DNA of 64,000 nt. Origin: Octopus sinensis (lineage: Eukaryota). A program made the position numbers and the translations under genes. The notes under the pieces are model-generated. The model had not been told where the DNA came from. It did no database searches and saw only the letters and a list, made by a program, of their open reading frames with translations. Of this stretch, positions 1 to 14,375 are shown one piece after another (within the stretch, counting starts at the first letter, position 1; every line of letters begins with the position of its first letter). The stretch is taken from the NCBI RefSeq assembly GCF_006345805.1, contig NC_043003.1, positions 57,226,001 to 57,290,000 of the forward strand, read 5' to 3'.

Positions 1-447
1 ATTATCCGGCGAGAATCTATTCAATGCCTATCAAAAGTTTATCTATCGCAGACTGACTGGCTGAATGTTGCATATTCAAAACTATGCAAAGGGTATCTTT
101 AAGTTTAAATTGCTGCTCAAGGATTAAACAAAGTGCTAACGATAATCAGCATTTCGAACCGTGAGTGTACTGGAGAAAATTACTTCGATTGCCCGAATAC
201 TCGTAGCAACATCTGACTGGCCTATACTGTCGAATGTTCGAGTATATATAGCGCTCTAGTGAAAGAGGTCGAGTGAGCTTTAAATATGTGTGTGTGCACA
301 CGCGTGGTCCCTCTTTCTTTCGTTTGTCCTCTCACTCGTATATATATATATATTTATGTATGTATATATATGAGTGTGTGTGTGTATATATATGTATATA
401 CATATATATGGATACATCTATATATATGTGTGTATATATGTATATAC

Positions 448-480
<33 letters not shown>

Positions 481-482
481 CC

Positions 483-816
483 CTTTTACTCTTTTACTTG
501 TTTCTGTCATTTGACTGCGGCCATACTGGAGCATCGCCTTTAGTCGAGCAAATCGACCCCGGGACTTATTCTTTGTAAGCCCAGTACTTATTCTATCGGT
601 CTCTTTTGCCGAACCGCTAAGTGAGGTGACGTAAACACACCAGCATCGGTTGTCAAGCAATGCTAGGGGGACAAACACAGACACACAAACATATACACAC
701 ACACACTTATATATAAATACATATATACGACAGGCTTCTTTCAGTTTCCGTCTACCAAATCCGCTCACAAGGCATTGGTCGGTTAGCAAGCTACTTACCA
801 CACAGCCACTCCTGCG

Positions 817-818
<2 letters not shown>
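483..818 (-). mobile_element. tRNA-derived SINE, family A (CORE-like, Octopus OR-type), with internal deletion
   Basis: Matches the full-length copies at 29637-30038 and 43482-43873 (5' GGCGCAGGAGTGGCTGTGTGG head, 3' GTAAAAGA tail). The B-box/CORE segment is missing near 781. Confidence 0.9.
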
Positions 819-861
<43 letters not shown>

Positions 862-958
862 GAATTGCTGTTTTAGAAAAACGTATGATAACAGAAAACA
901 ACTTTATTATTGAAAAAGACGTGCATATAAACTGGATTATCTTATTTATAATATGATG

Positions 959-1979
959 TTATTCAATGTAGCTTCCTTCACCACCTCTAACTGATTCTAT
1001 GCGAGACCTAATTCGTCTGCAAGCCTGAATCTAGTGGCCCTGATTCATATCGAACATTACTATGTTCACGGCGCTTTTCAGAGTATTCTTGGCGTTATGC
1101 CGATGTTAATTGATCTCTCTTTCAACAACCCTCCACACATAGCATTGCAACGGATTGAGATTTGGTGAGTTTAGAGGCCAAATGTTAGGGACTATATGGT
1201 CATGAAAATTGTCACCCATCCATTCTTGTATTGAGCATTCTGTGATGCGGCAGAGCCGTGCTGAAACACGTACCAGTCTTCCATTATGTACTCTGTCTAT
1301 GCAGGGCTTGACAACTGCTTCCAAAATTTCAATGCAAACAGCAGAACTAGCTCTAAGGCCTTGTGGAAATAAGTGAGGAGGCATCATAGGTCCTTCATTA
1401 CTGAAAACTCCAAAAGCAATAAAAATTTCAGGAAATGTTGTGTGTCTGACTGTCGGAACTTCAAAGTGTCCGAACCTAACTATCTGTAATTCTTACTGTT
1501 AATCTCCTATCTTTGGTCAAAGATTTTCTCATCCAAAGAAAACAAAATCATGTTTAATAATCTTAGAGATTTAATCAAATGATTTTCCTTTTGTCTTTTC
1601 TGACATGAACTGACCTCCCTTCATCACATTAGACTTGTCTTTTATATCGTCGTGGAAAGCATTTTCTAATTGTCCCTTCTGACACACGGAGATCTTTTGC
1701 AATTGACTTCATGGATTTTCTGGGATTTCAGACAATGATCTGCTGAAATTATTGAATAAATTCAGGTGTTCTGATGGTATTGAGGTGTTGGGATAATTGT
1801 GATACCTTTCAATACTGGTGATACCTTTTCACCTGAGGCTTCTATCTCCTTGCGAATATTGTAGTCGACAGATCTGGAGACTTTTAAAAATTGAGCTCCC
1901 TCTAAACCGCTGTGTTCAGCCTATGAGCCACAATTGCAGTATGCTTCTTCATTTCCTGAGAAAGCTGAGGGTTTGCCAT
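959..1979 (-). mobile_element. Degenerate Tc1/mariner transposase, DD37D (maT)-like
   Basis: Minus-strand translation across frameshifts gives MANPQLSQEMKKHTAIVA, KSMKSIAKDLRVSEGTIR (HTH), LDEKIFDQ, GVFSNEGPMMPPHLFPQGLR, WPLNSPNLNPLQCYVWRVVERE and EGSYIE*. The span is about 340 codons. No TIRs recognised. Confidence 0.85.
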
Positions 1980-2205
1980 TATTATTTTCTGGAACGTAAA
2001 TGACATAAAGTTAATTTAAAAACAGTAATAACCCAAGAATGTCATATGTATACATACACGAATACACACACACGCACACACACACATATACAAATATATA
2101 TATATACTTTCATATAAACGTCTATATATATGTATATATATGTGTGTGTGTATATAAATATATATATACGTATATATGTAAATATAAACGTATGTTTGTA
2201 TGTGT

Positions 2206-2250
<45 letters not shown>

Positions 2251-2344
2251 TGTACATTTATGTATGTATGTGCGTATGTTTGTTACTGAATTTCTCATGA
2301 TGGATACTTTTTCTGGTGAAAGTGCACATAGCTTTCTCTAATTA

Positions 2345-3910
2345 CTAGAAAACTCTTTGTAATTCATTAATTGCTAAACCAAAAATTTATCCTCAACTTT
2401 CTAAAACGGTTAAGCATCCTCACTCTCCTCAACTTCCTCTTTAGAGCGCTATTGTTCATATATGCTTGAAGCTCTCATTAGATATTTCTTCCCGAGTAAT
2501 TCAATTCTTTTCAGTTCATATTGCTTAATCTCCTGTTGAACAGTTTCTACCGGCTCCACAGTTTTGATAGACATTACTCCCAACACAATTCCTTGTTGCT
2601 GACCATACAACAACACTATCAAAATTGGAATAGCATTTATGATGTATATATAACCGAAACTAAAATCCATTACAACATATTTCATTTAAAGTAAATACAG
2701 GCTATGACTTTCAGATTTCTAGGCTGGATGAAGATGGTTGTGTTTGTAGTCTTGTATTGTTTCATTTATCCACGTTAGTCAGTTGATATGAAACATTTTC
2801 AATGCTTTCAGCCAGACTAATTCTTTGGATTTTGGTGTAAACACAAAGTGAGCCAATGAAACAATCTGAGAGCATTATTCTAATGGTTCTCCCGACTCCA
2901 TCGGTCACGAATGACCATGGGTGCACCTGAGAGGTTCCCCTGCGGGGTACAAGTCTGGGCGGAAAGTCGCCTCACCGGCGAACGCACAACCTAGGGTTGT
3001 TTTTATGGAAGACCAGCAGTCGCCCATGCATACCAGCCTCCCCTCTCCACACCACGGAGGTTATCCAAGGGAAAGCAAAGGCCGATACAGCTTGGCACCG
3101 GTGACGTCGCTAACACTACAGCTGAGTTAACTGGAGCAACGTGAAATAAAGTGTCTTGCTCAAGAACACAGCACGCAACTCGCAACCTCACGATCGTAAG
3201 CTCGACGCTCTAACCACTGAGCTATGCGCCTTCACTCTAATGATCCATTCCCTTTTTATTAGCTGGCCATATAACAGGAAGTTGTGTTGTGGAGTAGCTT
3301 TTAGTTGATATTAATTGTTTAAAAGTTTTAAATACTAGCAGTAGCGCTAGATGTCCCGAAGCATTGCTTCAAAGTAGGCGAATCATACAATCTTTGGCAT
3401 CCTGGAACCATTTTGCTGCTTTGCCTTTAAAGATGTGTTTTGACGTTCGTTTGCAAAACAACCCTGTCCCATCTTCGTTAAAAATTACTGCAATGTGTAT
3501 CCTTCTTCATCAATATTTTTCTTTCAATCTGAAAGGCATTACAGCTTCTTCATTGGAACTTGACGACTCATTCCTTATCTATGTCTTACAATTCTGACTG
3601 ATTCTTGAGACGCTGAATCCAAAATGACTAGTCGGGATGTTCTTCATTTTTAGAACATTTTTCTTAATTTTATCAAAGGAGCTTAGCACTGTTTGCTACA
3701 TTGTATATATGTTCTCTATACACATATTCTCTGTTAATTTTTTAGCAACTAAAGATAGAACTTCTGAAGATATTTTTTTTGACATGTCTGTGAATTATTC
3801 ACACAGAAGTCGCTCACAAACTGAGACATTTACCGCCCATTTCTAAAACTTCATTATGCTTCTTATTTAATTTCTACTGTTACACTTTTCCCCAATTTTA
3901 GTTTCCTTTT
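2345..3910 (-). mobile_element. Highly degenerate Tigger/pogo-like transposase, interrupted by a SINE
   Basis: Minus-strand remnants ESSSSNEEA, EDGTGLFCKR (cf. DETGLFWKR), SNASGHL (cf. GNASG) and NTTIFIQPRNLKVIA (cf. NTTSLIQPMDQGVIA), in the expected order with many stops. Confidence 0.6.
2891..3232 (-). mobile_element. tRNA-derived SINE, family B
   Basis: Reverse complement matches 24208-24540: head GCGCATAGCTCAGTGGTTAGAGCG, core GTGTTCTTGAGCAAGACACTTTATTTCACGTTGCTCCAG. Part of the B-box region is deleted. Confidence 0.85.
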
Positions 3911-5110
3911 TTTATGTGCAGTAGTGGTATCTAGAGCATGCTTATCGCCATTACAACAAAGGTAGATCAAACAATAGATTTATTGTACCTCTAGAGGGTG
4001 ATTATGCAAATAATAAACATATGCATCGCTTCTATTCGCTTAATATTCTTATTTTATATTTGTCAACTGGTCAACTATTTAACCAATTAACAAATTGGTT
4101 GTTTGGTTAATCATTCGGCCAATCAATCAACCGTCTCGGCTTGTCAGAGTCTTTTCGTTGCCATTCAAGATCCACCAGTAACATGCTCTCTCTACTACAT
4201 GTCTGCTATAGGTCTTTCAAGTCAAAAGCTGTTAGGAACACTTCCTACCATCATTCATTCAAACTGAAACAACAATAAAAACCGATTGATTTTAAATCTC
4301 GAAGGCTTGTAAATTTTCTCTCATATTAAACGTTTTACTAAAATAAATCAATAACTCTACCTCTATGAAAGTGTCTACCAGTTTCAAACCTAGCTCGGCT
4401 ACTTCGTTTCAATATTTACACTTATCCATTTCCAAATTTGCATATTTATTTTCCCAGAATTCTTGCAATTTTCACTTAACGCTATGCCCCAAAGGCCTGT
4501 AGAATATGAACTTGCTTATTAGAAAACTGGAATAGAAATGTATTCGGTCAGCATGTCGAAGAAAGTAGCGTTACTTATGAGAATATTAAATGGATTATTA
4601 AAGATGAAAGAAACGCTGCTTTAGAAATCTGTTTCCTGTATCTGTTATATACAGTTTCGTTCCTTTTGTTTTTTACAATGCTCTCCGTAGATTGATTTAT
4701 ATTTTAAGTATTGTTGTATCTTAAGGGCATTATATCGCCATGACGTAAACAAAAGAAAAAACATTTTATCTTAAGTGAAAATCGTGAAAGAAAAGAGAGT
4801 GAATGCTTAGTAACTTTATTCATGATAATTCTTTTTCTAATTGTGTGTAGGTACATATGTATGTGCGCATGTGTATACGCACAGAAACACAAAAATATTC
4901 TCTACGCACACAATTAGAAAACACGAATCATGATGTATTATATACTACTCATAAAATAATTTCATCGATTGGATCTTCTGGATTTAAGTTACATATATAC
5001 TCCAAAATACACTTCTTTGTTTCGGATTACTAAGTGGACTGTTAGCCGAGTCCGTTAGGAGGCTTTTTCAGCGTGATAGCTGTACGATTCTCTGCCTTCA
5101 CATCTTATAC

Positions 5111-5144
<34 letters not shown>

Positions 5145-5763
5145 TGGTTTTCTACTCCTTATGCAGAGTCTAACCACCTCCCGTACCAACATCTTAGATT
5201 CATCATGGCGTCTATGTGGCTTTTAAAAACAGACAATGTTTTAAAAAGACACCCACATAGATTGCATATCCGATTTGGACCGCCAAGAGCTGCATTTTGA
5301 TATCTTGAATATTATTATACACTAGCATTCAGTAATATTTTAGCCTATATACGTTTCACAGAGATGTTAAACCACCAACTACTAAATGTGTACGTGTGTG
5401 TGTCTGTGTGTGTAGATTTTCGTTGGTATATTATTTGAAAACATGTTTTTTTTTTGTTTTAACTCTGTACTAATAACATGACTGTGTATAGGGTTTTCGT
5501 TATTATGATCTTATTTTCATATTTTCGAATAGGTTTCTTTATTGTTCGTATGGAACTGAAAAGTTAGCAAACAATTCATTAATGTATCTGAATAAAATGA
5601 TTTGAGTGTGCATTGCTCTCGCTTCATAATACACATGGCCAATGCAGTATAAAAAGATAATTTACAAACGTGGTGAAAGATTTGCAGAACTTTAATATTC
5701 CAAATATCCTACAAGGAATTAATTCAAAATTGTGAAAAGGGAAAGACGTTAGTAATTCTATAT

Positions 5764-6284
<521 letters not shown>

Positions 6285-7504
6285 ACCCTTGCATTTTGAA
6301 ATCGAGCTATTCTCAGTTATAGCTACTTTCTTTTTACTTTTGTTCATCTCATTCTCCTCTTCTTTACTTCACTCCCTTATTGTCCCCCCTCTCTCCCCTC
6401 TCTCTCTCATACATTTTCTTTTCTTGCTTTGCAGTTACGCATACTTTACGTTCGTATGAATGCTTCCACACACACACAGACACACACACACACACGTACA
6501 CGCACACGCACATATATACACACATACATATATATTTCCGTATATATATATATATATATATATATGAGTTAGAATGGCTGTGTGTGTGTATATGTATGTC
6601 TGTAAGAAGTTACATCTTCGTAAGTGAATATCAATATTCATGAATATATGTGCGTGTCCGCCTACGTGTATGTATGCCTATGTGAACGTGAAAGTGTGCG
6701 TGATTACTTTATAGTGTTACTCTGCGTGTGTCTTTGGCTTAAAGATTGGCCTTTGATGTAACGAAATCAAAATCCACATAGGCCAATTGTGTCACAGGTC
6801 AAACCACAGCCACCACAACTACATTCACACACACACACACAGAGGCAAATGCTGACCACCCACCACCACTAATCTACTTCACCTCTACTACTCAAACGAA
6901 ATTACTTATTGATTCAAAAGACGTATAACTACATCTATCTCTAATTAGTAATTAACTTCTCTGTTTAATTGTTCTGTGTTGTAAAATGTTAGATAAGAAC
7001 GCTGTAGTGTGTGTAGGGGCTTGATAACGCGCTAGAAATTGCCGGTCAGATTCTATGGTTACTAATATATGCAAATTTGATGGTCAAACATTTTATTTAT
7101 ATATTTCTGCCATGCTTGTGCGTGTATTTTTTTTTATTTTTATAAATATAACTTTGAAATATTTAACCCCTCTCACAAGTAATTTCTTCCCAATATCGTG
7201 ATACTGGATATTGGTGGACTGGTAAAATCGTTTGAGCGTCGAGCAACGTGTCTTGTGATATTCCGTTACGTCCGTTTACATTGCGAGATCAAGTCAGGCC
7301 CAAAGTCGATTGTATTTTACATCCTTCTGGAATCAATAAATTATGAGTTTAGTTATGATGTTTCTGTCTTCTCTTTTCTGTCACTTCGTCTCCCTCCTTT
7401 TTTTCTCCCTCTTCCTTTTCTATTGTCTCCTTTTTCTGGAAGAACCGGTTTTAATCGGGCCTGTAGAAGGAATGCTCTTGTCAAGGTTAAAATGTATGCT
7501 ACAA

Positions 7505-7822
7505 CGGATGATGCAGCTATAATATCAGGAGATGCTAACCAAATTCTTGACAGAGATGGGCATCAGAACTGTCCCTTACTCGTTATATAGTCCAGACCTT
7601 GCTGCTTGTGAATTTTGGATTTTCTCTAAACTGAAGAACGATAGGAGCAATCTTGAGAAAATGGAGACTCTACTGGACATCTTCCCTTCCGAGTACTTTC
7701 ATATGGCCTTCATGAAGTGGCTGGAATGCTACACCAAGTGTATTGAAGTCAGAGATTCATGCTTTATAGGAAGTTAGAGTTTTGTACTTCTTTGAAATTA
7801 ATAAATACCCACCTGGAAAACT
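7505..7822 (+). mobile_element. Mariner (DD34D) 3' fragment with right TIR remnant
   Basis: TKFLTEMGIRTVPYSLYSPDLAACEFWIFSKLK resembles the mariner HPPYSPDLAPCDFWLFPKLK motif, followed by KWLECYTKCIE and a terminal GGAAAACTTCTTGAATGCACCTCG. Confidence 0.8.
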
Positions 7823-9142
7823 TCTTGAATGCACCTCGCATTTTATTAAACCTGGCAACATGATAGACAAAGAAGGCATTGGATGAAAAGCAAATTCTAA
7901 TTCGGGAAAATTTTGAGCTTAAAATTTATAGAATTTTAAAAATACGAAACATTCTCCGAAATTGTAATTTAGTGCGACAAAAACAATTATTATCTATATA
8001 AATACAGGAGCAAGAGGTATGGGAGGCTTCAGCAGACCCTTTCGGCGCCGCTTGTTTAGCGTCACCGATTCGATACTAACTTATTTGACATCAAATTAAT
8101 GATTCTCTGGTACGCTCCCCTTCTCTTTCCCACTCTCTCTCTCTCTCTCATCCACTTTCTCTATCTTCTTTCTCTCTCTCATTCCCCCTCCCCCCCTCTC
8201 TCTCTCTCTCTTTCCGTTTATGTGAAGGAGCATATTTGTTTTTATGTGTATAGAGAGGACAAGTGTTTATGTCGATCGTGGTCTATTAGTAACTTGTAAC
8301 ATCTCTCTCACACACTCTTCCTCTTTCTTTGTGTATAGTTCTTCCCATGCGAGCACATAGGTATGTGAGAGTGTGTGTACGTGCCTCTATGTATGTGTCT
8401 GTGCATGTGTGCTTACGTGTGTGTGTCTCTAGCACCAAAAAAGAACTCACAAAAAATAGAATGAAACAGCTACGCCAAATCGTCTCATTTCCTAGCACCA
8501 GGGCATCTATTCACAGGGAAATTATTTTCTATATAACTGACCCCAGTTCTTAGTACGTCCTTTTTTTATTATCCTTTTATCGACACCACATGGATAGACA
8601 AAACAAATAATTTACAAAGTACCAGGCGGGAGACTAAATACACCAATAGATGTTCTATATACCTCCCTAATGTTTCTGCTACTTAAGAGATCCAAAAATA
8701 ATAATGGCTTCCACCATCGGTAAAGGGCCTGCAATTTAGAGGGAATTACTCAATTAAATCGACTCTGGTAATTAACTTGCAATTTATTCTATCGAAGGTG
8801 AGATGGTGAACAGCAAAGTTAGCCTGGCCGAGATTCGAACGCTGACCATGAAAATGCGCAAAATAGAAAGTGATCTATAATGTTCCCTTTTTAATTTAAT
8901 TTAGTCTTCTGCGTTGATGATCTTTAAAATATTAATAATTATCAATTCATCTGAAGGTTTTTTTTTTAATTAACGGTCGGCATGATCACAACTGGTTTTG
9001 AACAACATAAACTTCAGGTCGTTTATATTCGGGTTCTTGTGAAAACTTAGAACAGGCAATGAGTGGAGCCATGTACTCAGCGGAATGAACACAGACAGAA
9101 ATAGCAAAATTCATAACACAAAGACACATATATACACATAAA

Positions 9143-9176
<34 letters not shown>

Positions 9177-9636
9177 CATGTATCAATGGCGTATCTAGTA
9201 ACTTAAGTCAGAACATGACATGCAATTTTTTAAAATCAAAAGCATGTAATGGAACTGGGAAAGGTGTGGTACATATAACATGGAAGTGTTGCCTTCCAGC
9301 TCGCCTCACACGTAATGAAAAGTTTATATATTAAAAACCGATTTGTTATTTTCATTCATTTTAGTGGCTTAGTTACGCATTCCAAGCCTTCCATCCACGG
9401 GTGAATCGTCACTGATAATTTGTGTGTGTGTGTGTGTGTGCGAGTGGATACACTGATACATACGTATATAATTTCAGTTTTATTTCCTGGCGAAATGGGT
9501 TATCTTATTCAAATTAATTTATTACAAATTCATAAGAAACTTATATGCTTGATGTCGGTTATGCTTAATCCCTGTAAACAGCTGGAGATCACAATAAGGA
9601 AATTTCGAAATATCATCTGAAACTTTTTGTTTTGTT

Positions 9637-9724
<88 letters not shown>

Positions 9725-9815
9725 CGTGGTGTGTGTGTGAAACAATTTGGAAAAAAATAGTACTCGAATACCAGCAGTTGTGTAATATGCTTTATTAATA
9801 ACGTGTGTGTGTATA

Positions 9816-9861
<46 letters not shown>

Positions 9862-9881
9862 CGAGAGGTAGATAGATAGAC

Positions 9882-9958
<77 letters not shown>

Positions 9959-9961
9959 TTT

Positions 9962-10135
9962 GATACCTTTGCACCGTTAGAAAGATCTCAGTCATCCCAT
10001 CTAGTGTGAAGAAGGTGTATTGTAATAACCTGGGATTCAAGGGTCCATGGCTATTTAAAATCCTTCCAAAAAGTCGGAGTTATCTGCATGGAGTAGGGCT
10101 TGATGCTTTCAAGAAACAACTTGACCTCCTGCAGT
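9962..10135 (+). mobile_element. CR1/L2-group LINE, C-terminal fragment
   Basis: LGFKGPWLFKILPK...LHGVGLDAFKKQLDLL is similar to the copy at 25628-25925. Confidence 0.65.
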
Positions 10136-10257
10136 ACAAGATCTAACATTCAATACTTTTGTATTAGGTTAATAAACCATTAGATTCATTGGATTTAATT
10201 ACCCCTTAATGAGGTGGTTTTAACCTTGAATTGAACATACATATACATACATATTAT

Positions 10258-10458
10258 ATATAGTTAATCCAAACATGAAAACACAAAGAGAAAACAGAAC
10301 AACACGAGGACGTGGAACAAGTATAGTATTATTGGACGCTCAGGAAAGAAGGAAAGAAGAACACTTCGAGCAGAGCACTTCGTCAGAAACAGGAAAAGGA
10401 AAGATCCAAAGAAGGGAAGACGGAGGGAAAAAATCGCCAACGGTACACACACGGTCAC
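10258..10458 (-). mobile_element. Short non-coding Penelope-type repeat with decayed hammerhead core
   Basis: Homologous to 36757-36939. The minus strand reads GTTT CTGACGA A GTGC TCT GCTC GAAG TGTT, so GAAA and the stem I partner are mutated. Confidence 0.65.
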
Positions 10459-10459
10459 T

Positions 10460-10498
<39 letters not shown>

Positions 10499-10799
10499 AT
10501 ATATTATATAATATATAATATATATATATATACATATATACATGCGTGTGTCTGTACACATATAGGTACTTAAATTGATGCACCTTGCCACTTCAAATTT
10601 AGGTGAACAGAATGTAAATAAGTAACAAGGATATGAGGGTATCAATACCTTACGGCCGTTTCAAGTGACTCCATTTAATTGATCAATGAAAGCATTACAT
10701 CAGTTTGAAAGAAACTGTTCCCTTCAGACGCAGATGACCGTATAGATTTCCAGCATATGGGTACACCATTTTAAATAAATTTGTAAATATATTTGTAAA

Positions 10800-10906
10800 T
10801 ACTAGAAACCAAATTAATTACATTGTTTTCTTAATTTATATCTGTGGCACAGATTCTGTCACAGATATAATATGAAGAAACATTGCAATTATTTTGGTTT
10901 CTAGTA
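10800..10906. repeat. Imperfect palindrome (about 52-bp arms, no real spacer)
   Basis: TACTAGAAACCAAA at the left end pairs with TTTGGTTTCTAGTA at the right; pairing continues to ACAGA-T-TCTGT at 10849-10859. Confidence 0.85.
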
Positions 10907-11485
10907 CTGGTTAACCGCAAACTGGAACAGAACTGAGAGCTACCCTGCTATCTGCGCGGATAATATATCACTCTAACCACAAATAACAATATCTAAAGCT
11001 TATAGTATTATTAATCATAAGAGTAATTTAAAATTTAATTTACGATTATAATTGTATGTATCCCCTATTCTACGAAAACTTTATTCCTTTTCTCATGTAA
11101 TGGTTTTTAATTATTAAACGGTTTCAAATCCATTAATCCATTAAACCATAACAATGATGTTAATCTGCAAAAGTGACTTACATATTACCGTCTAAATATT
11201 TTTAATTATATTTTCTCTGCGTAGCATATTTTATGTTTATTTTTTTCCCATTAATTGATTCTTGTGTATTTGATATTTATGGATTTCTTTTTGGTTGTTC
11301 GCTAAATTCATTTCACAGAGAGAGAGAGATTGAGAGAGAGAGAGAGAGATGTACATATATTCACATACGTATATACATATATATATTTATACATACACAC
11401 AAACACACACACGGCTTCTGAGAGGATTTTGTCGACGGAAACTGAAGTTCCTCGTCGTATATTCAAACATTCATATATGTGTGTC

Positions 11486-11542
<57 letters not shown>

Positions 11543-11999
11543 GCGTGCGTGCGTGTGCGTGCGTGCGTGCGTGTGTGTGCGTGTAATATGAAATTTTAAA
11601 ATAATAGTTTAATTCCTCCACGCCATCCACTTCACCACCGTTCCATTGAATCTCGTCTTCACGCTGCCCCCAGTCTAATGAATATCCATAGAGTGAGCAA
11701 AATATATTCATTTCAATATCGGTTGATTTTAGGAGGGAACAGAGATCCTAAGTTCCATGCCATGTGTTGGCATAACGAGCGACTTTCATTTCCCATAGCA
11801 TCGGATTAATCAGTACATCGTAACGGAACGTAGACAGAAGACTTTTGCATAGATTGTCTTCTTAGTTCAAATGTTGAGGCTGGTAGAGTATTGTTTGTTA
11901 GTGCGCATGTGTGGGTCATTGTTATATATATATATATGTTTTACGCATTAATTCTTGATTTTATTCGAAGTTATATTTTCAAATTTTAGCATAGGGACA

Positions 12000-12176
12000 T
12001 CAGCTTTGGAGGTGAAAAAGTTGATTATGTCGACACCAGTATATAACTGGTACACATTTTATCGACACAGAAAGGTGGAAATGCTGAGTGGAATCTGAGC
12101 CCAGAAAGTAAAGAGTGACGAAGCGCTGCTTAGCATTTGGCCCGATCTGCTGACGAAGGTGCCATCTCACCACCTT
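12000..12176 (-). mobile_element. tRNA-derived SINE, family C (degenerate)
   Basis: Reverse complement resembles 61548-61750 (GGTGAG(C/A)TGGCA head, GTCGATAAAAT...GTACCAG core). Confidence 0.6.
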
Positions 12177-12393
12177 ATGTTAAGCTATAAGGAATTAAAA
12201 TCTGAGCACAAAGCCAGCAATTTCAGGAAAAAAGAAAGCAGATCAACTGTTACTTATTTTATTGACGCCTGAAGGATGTAAGACATAAGTAAGTATGTAA
12301 AGATGTGTATATATGTATATTTGTAAATATATGTAAACATATGTGTACCTATCTAACTCTTTATCAGTTTGTATGCCTATCTGTATGTGCGCA

Positions 12394-12434
<41 letters not shown>

Positions 12435-12453
12435 TGTGTGTGTGTGTGTGTGT

Positions 12454-12485
<32 letters not shown>

Positions 12486-12693
12486 TCTGTGTGTGTGTGC
12501 GTGCTGAGTGGATATGTTAAACTACCTTCTTCAAAAATATAAAGACACACATAGTGTGACGTATATCCGGCTGGAAACGATGTTAAATAACAGTAACATC
12601 CGTCCTAACCAGGGCTGCCACGTTATGTTGGCAAATAACCTCTATTATATATATATCTACATATCTATATCTATCTGTCTATCTCTCTATCTG

Positions 12694-12738
<45 letters not shown>

Positions 12739-12759
12739 ATATATATATATAATATATAT

Positions 12760-12817
<58 letters not shown>

Positions 12818-13247
12818 TTATATATATTCATATGTGTATATATACATACATATATAGGTATGCATGTATACATATATATTCATATATATATATGTATATA
12901 TATATATATTTAATCATATCAAAGGGAAATGGAAATTAAATAAAATTTACATTTCCAGTGGTCTAACGTGTAAAAATTTAATCCAAAGTCTATATATTAG
13001 TCATACGATATAGTGCATATTTAAATACATGAGGAATCCACTCATAGGAATTCGACACACTAGAAAGAACAGCTAGGTTCCAGAACCACAAAAATTAGGG
13101 ATAAAATTCGACAGGAACGAAATGAAAAGTGAAGAATGAAATTCGACAGGAACGAAATGATAAATTAAACATTTTACCATCTTGTTTCCTGGACCAATTG
13201 GTTTCTGATTTTAGTTTAGCGAGTAAAGGAACTCGCCAGGTGCAATC

Positions 13248-13477
13248 TTCCTCAGCAGGGTCACCTAAGGTTAAACGTATACATACGGGGCCATCGAACT
13301 ACTTGCCCCGTATTTATACGTGCTAACTTTTTCAAAATCTACTGCGCAGCTGCAGTCCTTCGCAGGCAATAGAAAAATGCCAACTTTTAAAACCGAAAAT
13401 TATCGTATAAATACGGGGCAAGTAGTTCGATCGCCCCGTATGTATACGGTTAACCCTAGGTTTGTCCTGCTGAGGAA
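13248..13477. mobile_element. MITE-like element with about 73-bp TIRs, each containing an internal palindrome; inner TTAA pair
   Basis: 13248-13320 is the reverse complement of 13404-13477. TTAA lies at 13271-13274 and 13450-13453. Confidence 0.8.
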
Positions 13478-14029
13478 TATATATATATATATATAAAGAT
13501 GCAGGGAGAGAGAGAAAGAGTAAGAAAGTAAGAAAGTAAGAAAGAGAGACAGATATAGGCGTTGATAAATTTACAGTCGCATAGGAAAAACTATCGTACG
13601 AAATTCAGTTATGGATTATATACTCTGAGTTCAAAAGCCTTGCAATTCAAAATTTTACCTTCCTTCAAAAGTCAGTAGCATAAATGCCAATGAAATACCG
13701 TTGACTATTTTATCGATTAAACACTCCCTGCCTGAAATTGTTTCCCTTGACGGCATTGGTTCATGGACTGCTTAAATGTCCAGTTGTATATTGTAGCATC
13801 AGTTTTATACTTTGGTTCCAATCCTACCTTTGTCGATTTATTTATATATTATTACGGGCATAGATAAAATCGTTACTGGTTAACCAGTTAAAATGGTATG
13901 TAATTTCTTCCAAAATATGTGACCTTTTCAGTTATGTTTGAAATCATTAACCATATTTTAACAGTGTATGTAGTATAAATATTGGGATTATTTGACGGAC
14001 ATGCAGGTTATATTATTGTCGTTAAAATA

Positions 14030-14096
14030 TGTTGATGATGACGACAATTACGACGATGACCGCGACTACAACGACGACCACGACAACGACCACCGC

Positions 14097-14130
<34 letters not shown>

Positions 14131-14323
14131 CCGCTGAGGATCACGGCGATTATGACAATAAAGTTCATGCTGATTTTTTTTAGTTTGGCCTTGGTGTTGG
14201 TGGTTGTAGATGACATTGTTGCTGCTGCTGTTGTTCTCAATGCAGATGATGAGGATGATGATGATGACGACGCGACGAGGAGGACGATGACGACGTCGGT
14301 GATAATGAATGGTAATGATGATA

Positions 14324-14375
<52 letters not shown>

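Noticed and set aside
5005-5075. Hammerhead-like CTGAAAA...CGAAAC on the minus strand
   Set aside because: G8 is mutated and there is no NUH/stem III closure; too degenerate to call.
6725-6820. Cluster of CCAAT, CTTTGAT, AGGTCA and AACCACA motifs
   Set aside because: Short motifs expected by chance, with no independent support.
13103-13161. 22-bp direct repeat AAATTCGACAGGAACGAAATGA with a 13-bp spacer (CRISPR-like at first glance)
   Set aside because: Only two units, a short spacer, eukaryotic context and no cas genes; a simple local duplication.
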